A stretch of 64,000 bases of DNA from an uncultured Spirochaetota bacterium. Its GTDB lineage: Bacteria > Spirochaetota > UBA4802 > UBA5368. Shown piece after piece: positions 58,332-64,000 of this stretch. The notes under the pieces are model-generated. The model had not been told where the DNA came from. It saw nothing but the letters and a program-made list of their open reading frames with translations, and did not search any database. Where the stretch lies: positions 367,777 through 431,776 of the forward strand of contig CAVXKM010000002.1 in the NCBI GenBank assembly GCA_963762305.1, in the 5' to 3' direction. A program made the position numbers and the translations under genes. How positions within the stretch are numbered: the stretch's first letter is position 1; every line of letters starts with the position of its first letter.

Positions 58332-60161
58332 TCAGTCCTGTCCGGACGCGGGATACATGCCTTCTATCTCTTCCGCGTACTTTTCCGATATGATTTTCCT
58401 CTTTACCTTGAGCGTGGGGGTCAGCTCACCGGTGGCCTGGGTCCATTCCGCGTCAAGAAGCCTGAAATCCCTTATCTGCTCAACGCGGGCAAACTGTTTC
58501 GTGTACTTTTTTATCTCTTCGTCGATGAGTTTTCTTATCGCGCCGTTCCTGAGAAGGTCTTCGCGTTTCGCGAAGGCTATGCCTCCCCTCCTTGCCAATT
58601 TCTCCAGTTCCTCGAAAACCGGTATGACGAGGGCGGTCAGGTATTTTCTCCTGTCGCCGAGCACCGCGACCTGTTCGATGTACCTTGAGGTCTTGAGGCT
58701 GTTCTCGATGTTCTGCGGCGATATGCTCTTGCCCCCGGAAGTCACGATAATGTCCTTGATCCTGCCGGTAATGGTGAGATATCCGTCCTCGTCGACCACG
58801 CCGATATCCCCCGTTTTTAAATAACCGTCCCTCGTGAAGGCTTCTTTCGTCGCCGCCGTATTCTTGTAGTAGCCCTTCATGATCTGCGGGCCCTTTATGA
58901 GGATTTCCCCGTCATCCCCGATCCTGATAACGGTGTCCTTCACGGCAGGGCCGACTGTCCCCGCCTTGATGAGCCACGGCCTGTTGAAATTCGTCACCGG
59001 GGTCGTCTCGGTGAGGCCGAACCCTTCAAGAACCACGATTCCCATCCCCAGGAAAAACTCGGCGTCGGACACCGAAAGGGGGCCGCCCCCCGAGACCGCG
59101 AATTTAAGCCTGTCCATGCCGAGGCCCGATTTCAACTTGGAAAAGACGAGCCATTCGGCAAGGCGGTACTTTGCCGCGAACAGGCCCTTCCGTTCCCTCT
59201 GCGTGCAGATATAGGCGAGGTTTCCCGCGGCCATCTTCAATGCCCATCGTAAAATTTTCTTTTTTACCGGCGCTGAGTCCGCCACCCTCGCCAGAATGCC
59301 CGCGTGTATTTTTTCATATAGACGCGGGACGCTGATGATGACCGTGGGCCTCACTTCAAGGAAATTCTGCTGGATCGTCTGGAGGCCCTCGGCGAAGGCC
59401 ACCTTCGCTCCGACCGTCATGGGAAGGTAATAGCCGGCGGTTCTCTCAAGCGAGTGAGACAATGGAAGCAACGAGAGAAACACGTCCTGGTCGCTGATGT
59501 ACCCCTGGATCCCGTCCAGAATCTGGTTCATGTTGGACACAAAATTATCATGGGTAAGCATCACGCCCTTGGGGTTGCCCGTCGTTCCCGATGTGTAAAT
59601 CAAAGTTGCCACGTCCTGCAGCCTTACCGCCTTGAGCCTTTGCTCCAGCTGGTCTTTTTTCCCGTACCCTTCGCCCCTTTTCAGCGCCTCAGCGAAGGTG
59701 ATGACATGCGGCATTTCCCCTTCCGGTTCATCCAGCATGATTATATTTTTCAGTTTCCCGAGTTTTTTCCTGACCTGGAGCACCTTGTCCGCGAGGTCTC
59801 CGGTGCCGCAAAAAACCGCCTTCGATTCCGAATTGTGCAGTATGTACCTCGCCTCTTCGGCCGAGTTCGTCGCGTATATCGGCACGGTGACCGCCCCGAT
59901 GCTGAGAATGGCCATGTCGCAGACCCACCACTCATGGCGGTTCTCGGAGAAGACGGCCACCTTGTCGCCTCTCTTTATTCCCGCCGACATAAGGTACCAG
60001 CCGATTCCATGGACCATCTCGTTCATCCGGTTCCACGAAACATCGGCGTAGACTACCCCGGTTTTGCACGCGACGCAGGCCCTGTCGCCGTATTTCATCA
60101 CCTGGTTCTGGAAAATGGCACCCATGGACGTCTCTTTGTATTTTCCCATCGAGCCCTCCAC
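58332..60161 (-). CDS. fadD: long-chain fatty-acid--CoA ligase (AMP-dependent synthetase)
   Basis: AMP-binding motif IYTSGTTGNPKGVMLTH; also ...GFGLTET... and GDIGVVDEDGYLTITGRIKD. 609 aa. Confidence 0.85.
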   Translation of the reverse strand: MEGSMGKYKETSMGAIFQNQVMKYGDRACVACKTGVVYADVSWNRMNEMVHGIGWYLMSAGIKRGDKVAVFSENRHEWWVCDMAILSIGAVTVPIYATNSAEEARYILHNSESKAVFCGTGDLADKVLQVRKKLGKLKNIIMLDEPEGEMPHVITFAEALKRGEGYGKKDQLEQRLKAVRLQDVATLIYTSGTTGNPKGVMLTHDNFVSNMNQILDGIQGYISDQDVFLSLLPLSHSLERTAGYYLPMTVGAKVAFAEGLQTIQQNFLEVRPTVIISVPRLYEKIHAGILARVADSAPVKKKILRWALKMAAGNLAYICTQRERKGLFAAKYRLAEWLVFSKLKSGLGMDRLKFAVSGGGPLSVSDAEFFLGMGIVVLEGFGLTETTPVTNFNRPWLIKAGTVGPAVKDTVIRIGDDGEILIKGPQIMKGYYKNTAATKEAFTRDGYLKTGDIGVVDEDGYLTITGRIKDIIVTSGGKSISPQNIENSLKTSRYIEQVAVLGDRRKYLTALVIPVFEELEKLARRGGIAFAKREDLLRNGAIRKLIDEEIKKYTKQFARVEQIRDFRLLDAEWTQATGELTPTLKVKRKIISEKYAEEIEGMYPASGQD

Positions 60162-60212
60162 CGCGAGGTTATTACTGCTTCATGCAGGCCGCTGTTGCGC
60201 CCTTTCCGGCAC

Positions 60213-60238
60213 TTCCGTATTGAAATAACATGAACAAT
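60213..60238 (+). promoter_or_regulatory. inverted repeat AAATAACA-N10-TGTTATTT upstream of fadD
   Basis: Perfect 8-bp arms, 50-75 bp upstream of the fadD start codon on the minus strand. Confidence 0.3.
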
Positions 60239-60335
60239 TGGTGTTATTTGAGGTTTGCACCGTCATTTTTATCATTACCCTCTGCCGATACGCTTGAAAA
60301 TATGCATTCTCATCAACGCAGCCGCGAATCGTTCG

Positions 60336-62393
60336 CTAGTCCCCGTACCCAGGCTCGACTTCCGGGAAGTGAAGGGTTATCCTGGTCCCTTTCCCCTCGG
60401 AGCTGTTGACGTGTATCTCGCCGTCATAGCTCTTGATGATGGAATACGATATCGGGAGGCCGAGGCCGGTCCCCTCCTTTTTCTTCGTGGTGAAAAACGG
60501 CTCGAAGATTCGATCGAGGTTTTCCTCCGGGATGCCCTCCCCGTTGTCTTCGATGGAAATGTATACCAGCTTCCTGTCAGTGGAAATCCTCCCGGTCTCG
60601 ATGACGATCTCGCCCGAGGATTTTTCTTCGATGGCGTCATCGGCATTCGCGAACAGGTTCATGAGGACCTGCATGAGCCTGTTTTTGGATATCCGTATGG
60701 CTGTCCCGCCCGCTTTCAGGGCGAGGCGGACCGAAATCCCCTTTTTCTGGATATTCTTCAAGAATATCCTGACGGGGTAGACTTTTAAAAGGTCGTCGAC
60801 ACACACGTCCTCCGAGGCTTCAACGGAAGGGTTTGAATAGTCTTTCAGCTGCTTCACAATGCTCGACAGCCGGCTTATTTCTTCCTGGATCGATTGGGCG
60901 AGCTCATTGAAAGCATCCGCCTGCGCCTGTCCCTCACACCGGCATAGCGTCTTGAGTTCATCTACATCGAGCTGCATAATGGACAGCGGGTTGTTTATCT
61001 CATGGGCGACGCCGGCGATGATGCGTCCCATGAAGGTGAGCCGTTCATAGCGGTCGAGGGCGCTCTTCATGAGCTTATGCTCGTTGACCGACAATATCTT
61101 TTCTATCGTTATGGAGGCGAGGCTCGATATGCCGACCAGTATGTCCATGACGCCCTTATCCGGACCCGACAGGAAACTTTTAAACGAGAGTATTATTATC
61201 GATGTCACGGAGCCGGCGGCCAGAATTGGTATGAAGATCCCCGATTTATAACCCGAGAGACCGGGAAAAGCCTCGAAATCCTCGTCGTTCAGCTCGTTCC
61301 GGATGTCCTTGATCAGAACGGGGGCCTGCCTCTCCACGAGTTTATTCACGATAAGGGAAACCTTCCCGTCAATACGCTGGTTGTCCTTCCGGGTCACTTT
61401 CTTTTCCGCGAAAACGGACCTGAAGCCCCCCGAAGCCCGATGGAGGATCTCCAGCGAGTCCGGCTTCAAGAGTTTCCCGATTGACTCGCTCAGGGCTTCG
61501 AAGACCTCGTCCGTCGTCTCACAGCGTATGAACCTGCCCGAAACGGCGTTGTAGATGTCGATGAGGAAAATCGTTTTTTTATTCTGCTCGACCAGCTCTC
61601 GTTCTATCCTCTTCTGTTCCGATATGTCGCGGATGAACGCGAAATTCCCCAGGACCTTGTCCTCCTTGTTTACCAGCCGTGACATCGAAACCAGAACGGG
61701 CACGGTTGAGCCGTCCTTCCGGACAACTTCTTTTTCAAACACATAGGGCCTGCCGGTGCGGTTCATCTCGCTCGTAAGCATCCTCTGGTCATCGATATAG
61801 GCCGGGCCGGTAAACTCATAGAATGTCTTTCCTTCAAGATCCTCCTTCCGCCTTCCAAGGATCGCCAGGTATTCATCGTTGTAGTCCATGTATTCGTTGT
61901 TGTCGTTGACGAACACGAACCCCAAATTCACGGTTTCGATGATGCCCCTGTTGTAATTTCTCTCGTTCTCGAGCTGGTGCTGCAGGTTCTTTATCTCGGT
62001 AATGTCCGTGACGAACCCGCATACATGGGTGACATTCGCCGAATCGTCCCTCACGGGGCTCAGGGTTATCATGTAGTGCCTGTTCATGTCCTCGCGGGCA
62101 ATGTTGATTTCGACCGTCTCCGGGCGCCTGCGCCTGAATACCAGGTGCACCTTGTCCCTGAGGTTCCGTTTCGGCCTGCCGCGCAGGATGTCCGAGACCG
62201 GCACGTCGCCGGCCTCGAGGCCGGCGTCACGGAACATGCCGGAAAAGGATTTGTTGCAATGGATGATTCGATACCGGTTGTCTATGATGAAAAACCCGTC
62301 GGCCGAGTCGTCCAGTATCCTCTTGAAGAGGTTCCTGTCAGCCTGCGCGGAAGCTGAAAGATCGATTGGCGTGGAGGATCCTTTTTTAAACAT
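60336..62393 (-). CDS. PAS-domain sensor histidine kinase
   Basis: Several PAS/PAC-like blocks. HisKA ([14 protein letters not shown]) and HATPase_c (the DNGEGIP N-box/G-box region). Start taken at MFKKGSS; the ORF is open to 62492. Confidence 0.8.
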   Translation of the reverse strand: MFKKGSSTPIDLSASAQADRNLFKRILDDSADGFFIIDNRYRIIHCNKSFSGMFRDAGLEAGDVPVSDILRGRPKRNLRDKVHLVFRRRRPETVEINIAREDMNRHYMITLSPVRDDSANVTHVCGFVTDITEIKNLQHQLENERNYNRGIIETVNLGFVFVNDNNEYMDYNDEYLAILGRRKEDLEGKTFYEFTGPAYIDDQRMLTSEMNRTGRPYVFEKEVVRKDGSTVPVLVSMSRLVNKEDKVLGNFAFIRDISEQKRIERELVEQNKKTIFLIDIYNAVSGRFIRCETTDEVFEALSESIGKLLKPDSLEILHRASGGFRSVFAEKKVTRKDNQRIDGKVSLIVNKLVERQAPVLIKDIRNELNDEDFEAFPGLSGYKSGIFIPILAAGSVTSIIILSFKSFLSGPDKGVMDILVGISSLASITIEKILSVNEHKLMKSALDRYERLTFMGRIIAGVAHEINNPLSIMQLDVDELKTLCRCEGQAQADAFNELAQSIQEEISRLSSIVKQLKDYSNPSVEASEDVCVDDLLKVYPVRIFLKNIQKKGISVRLALKAGGTAIRISKNRLMQVLMNLFANADDAIEEKSSGEIVIETGRISTDRKLVYISIEDNGEGIPEENLDRIFEPFFTTKKKEGTGLGLPISYSIIKSYDGEIHVNSSEGKGTRITLHFPEVEPGYGD

Positions 62394-62739
62394 GTTCAAC
62401 CGGCATGAGGCGTCATATCGTTTTGTTGAAGGTCGCCGCCCATAATGTAGCAATCCGATAACCGCGGCGCAAGACGTATTTTCTCCCGTCACGTCTATTT
62501 TTGATTCCTAAAATACTTGACAACTCACGCCCTCCCTCGTGCTGTTTAGGTTCAACTGCGCAGGAAAGGACCGTCAAGTGGCAAAGAAGAAGGATGCACC
62601 GGAAAAAAAGCCGCGGAAGCCGGCCAGGAAACCACGCGCTGCGGCGAAGAGACATCCCGGTCGTGTTGACCCACCGGCGAGCGCGCCGGAGAAAGAAAGC
62701 GGCATCGATCCCCGCGCCAGTGAACGGGGCGATGTCCCG

Positions 62740-63459
62740 ATGAGCCTCGTCGATCACCTCGACGAATTCAGGAGCCGATTCGTCGTCTCTCTCCTGTCAA
62801 TTTTGTTCATTACGCTGGCAGGGTTCTTTTTTTCCGAACACCTGCTCCATGTCATCAACAGGCCCTATCTCGCAACCGGGCTCAAGCTCAACATTTTCAA
62901 CCTGATCGACGGGTTTGTTCTCAGGCTGAAAGCGTCGCTCGTGGCCGGTGTCCTGCTGGCTTTCCCGATCATCGTATACGAAATATGGAAATACATCGTC
63001 CCCGCAATCGACAAGAAGGAAAGGGCCTTCGCGCGCGCCGCCCTGGTGGTGGCCGTGTTTCTCTTCTACCTCGGCGTCACCCTCACCTACCTGGCCCTGC
63101 CCATGGCCGTCAAGGCGCTGCTGAGCTTTACGCCGCCGGACATCACGAATACCATAAACGCCAGCCAGTACTTTTCTTTCGTTCTCATATTCTGCTTCGC
63201 CATGGGCCTGATCTTCGAGCTGCCCATCGTAATTCTCATCCTCACCAAGATAGGAATCGTGACGCCCTCCTTCCTCATAAGCAAGAGGAAATGGGCCATC
63301 GTGCTCATATGGATCCTGGCAGCGGTGATAACCCCCACGGTTGACCCACTCACCCAGTCGCTCGTGGCCGTACCCTTGATGCTCCTCTATGAGATTTCCA
63401 TACTGATCTCAAGGCTGGTGGTCATGCGAAAGAAAAAAAGGGAGATGATGGAGGGATGA
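62740..63459 (+). CDS. tatC: twin-arginine translocase subunit TatC
   Basis: MSLVDHLDEFRSRF N-terminus, six TM helices, conserved ...ITPTVDPLTQ. The ORF extends upstream (alternative GTG at 62578) and would add a K/P-rich extension. Confidence 0.8.
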   Translation: MSLVDHLDEFRSRFVVSLLSILFITLAGFFFSEHLLHVINRPYLATGLKLNIFNLIDGFVLRLKASLVAGVLLAFPIIVYEIWKYIVPAIDKKERAFARAALVVAVFLFYLGVTLTYLALPMAVKALLSFTPPDITNTINASQYFSFVLIFCFAMGLIFELPIVILILTKIGIVTPSFLISKRKWAIVLIWILAAVITPTVDPLTQSLVAVPLMLLYEISILISRLVVMRKKKREMMEG

Positions 63460-63777
63460 GGGCCTCCCCGCTCCGTGATACGGTCTCAAGTCCCCCGGTC
63501 GAACATTCCGGGCGTTGAACCCAATCACCGCGACCCGCGCCGCCCCGTGGTCCGGCAAAAATTCCTTGACGGTAGCCCTTTTTTTCACACACCCTGAGTG
63601 TCCGAGCGCATGACTGGTCCTGAACGGGCCGGGTAAACGAACCTAGGCCCTTTCCCGCGCATCAGGCGTTTCTTCTCCTAAGCGGGAACACGAGGATAGA
63701 CCGGTTTTTCGCTCCCGGCCGCCCTCGTTCTACGCGGCGGATCGGCAATTATTGTCACAACAGCGAGGTGCGGCAAT

Positions 63778-64000
63778 GGCGATCAAATACTTGAAAGACC
63801 TTGACCTGAAAGGCAAAAGGGCCCTTATCCGCGTCGATTACAACGTGCCCTATGACAAGGCCATGAACATCACTGACGACACCCGCATAACAGCGACACT
63901 TCCGACGCTTCGGTACTGCATCGACAGGGACGCGCGGCTCGTCCTGGTCTCCCACCTCGGCAGGCCCGACGGAAAACCAAAACCCGAAATGAGCCTGGAA
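63778..64000 (+). CDS. pgk: phosphoglycerate kinase (3' partial; continues beyond the window)
   Basis: MAIKYLKDLDLKGKRALIRVDYNVP...LVSHLGRP is the canonical Pgk N-terminus. GGTG ribosome-binding site upstream. Confidence 0.85.

Noticed and set aside
1-64000. Mobile elements, CRISPR arrays, rRNA/tRNA genes
   Set aside because: No transposase, integrase or recombinase ORFs were seen. No regularly spaced direct repeats. No tRNA-like structures in the larger intergenic regions inspected (25740-26206, 31290-31716, 38400-38747, 52380-52977).

Overview
High-GC (~60%) chromosomal window from an anaerobic sulfate/sulfite-reducing bacterium, probably a Desulfobacterota-like lineage. The inference rests on a complete dissimilatory sulfite reductase locus. 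No transposase, integrase, CRISPR array, rRNA or tRNA was recognised; the window reads as core chromosome. 0-19 kb: housekeeping genes. These are a gspL/M/N-like secretion triad, ispH fused to an unusual membrane domain, pdxJ, cdaA-cdaR, folP, tlyA, dxs, ymdB-rny, pta, coaD, an NlpC/P60 peptidase and a corrinoid-domain/UroD-type methyltransferase fusion. 19.3-27.6 kb: at least seven frameshift disruptions in otherwise conserved genes (marR-family, a SLOG/DprA-like gene, tupA and tupC of a tungstate transporter, and a CPBP protease hit twice). One further frameshift lies in a porin gene at 35.6 kb. Genes outside those blocks are intact. 28-39 kb: metabolic and envelope genes (MFS oxalate/formate-type transporter, CoA-transferase, cspA, enoyl-CoA hydratase, porin, LemA-TPM-TPM, orphan ParA-like ATPase). 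39.6-52.4 kb: the dsr locus. A small protein is translationally coupled to dsrMKJOP. It is followed by a second DsrMK-like (NarI-like cytochrome b plus HdrD-like) pair, then dsrA-dsrB-dsrD, with dsrN and dsrC convergent on the minus strand. The promoter regions of these operons share a 15-bp palindrome, ATGAAT-N3-ATTCAT. 52.9-64 kb: orphan PstS-family binding protein, ParB-N-domain protein, dodecin, sahR-ahcY, fadD, a PAS histidine kinase, tatC and the start of pgk. The most interesting unexplained signals are the shared dsr promoter palindrome, the IspH fusion to a UbiA-like membrane domain with degenerate aspartate motifs, the corrinoid/methyltransferase fusion, and the clustered frameshifts.
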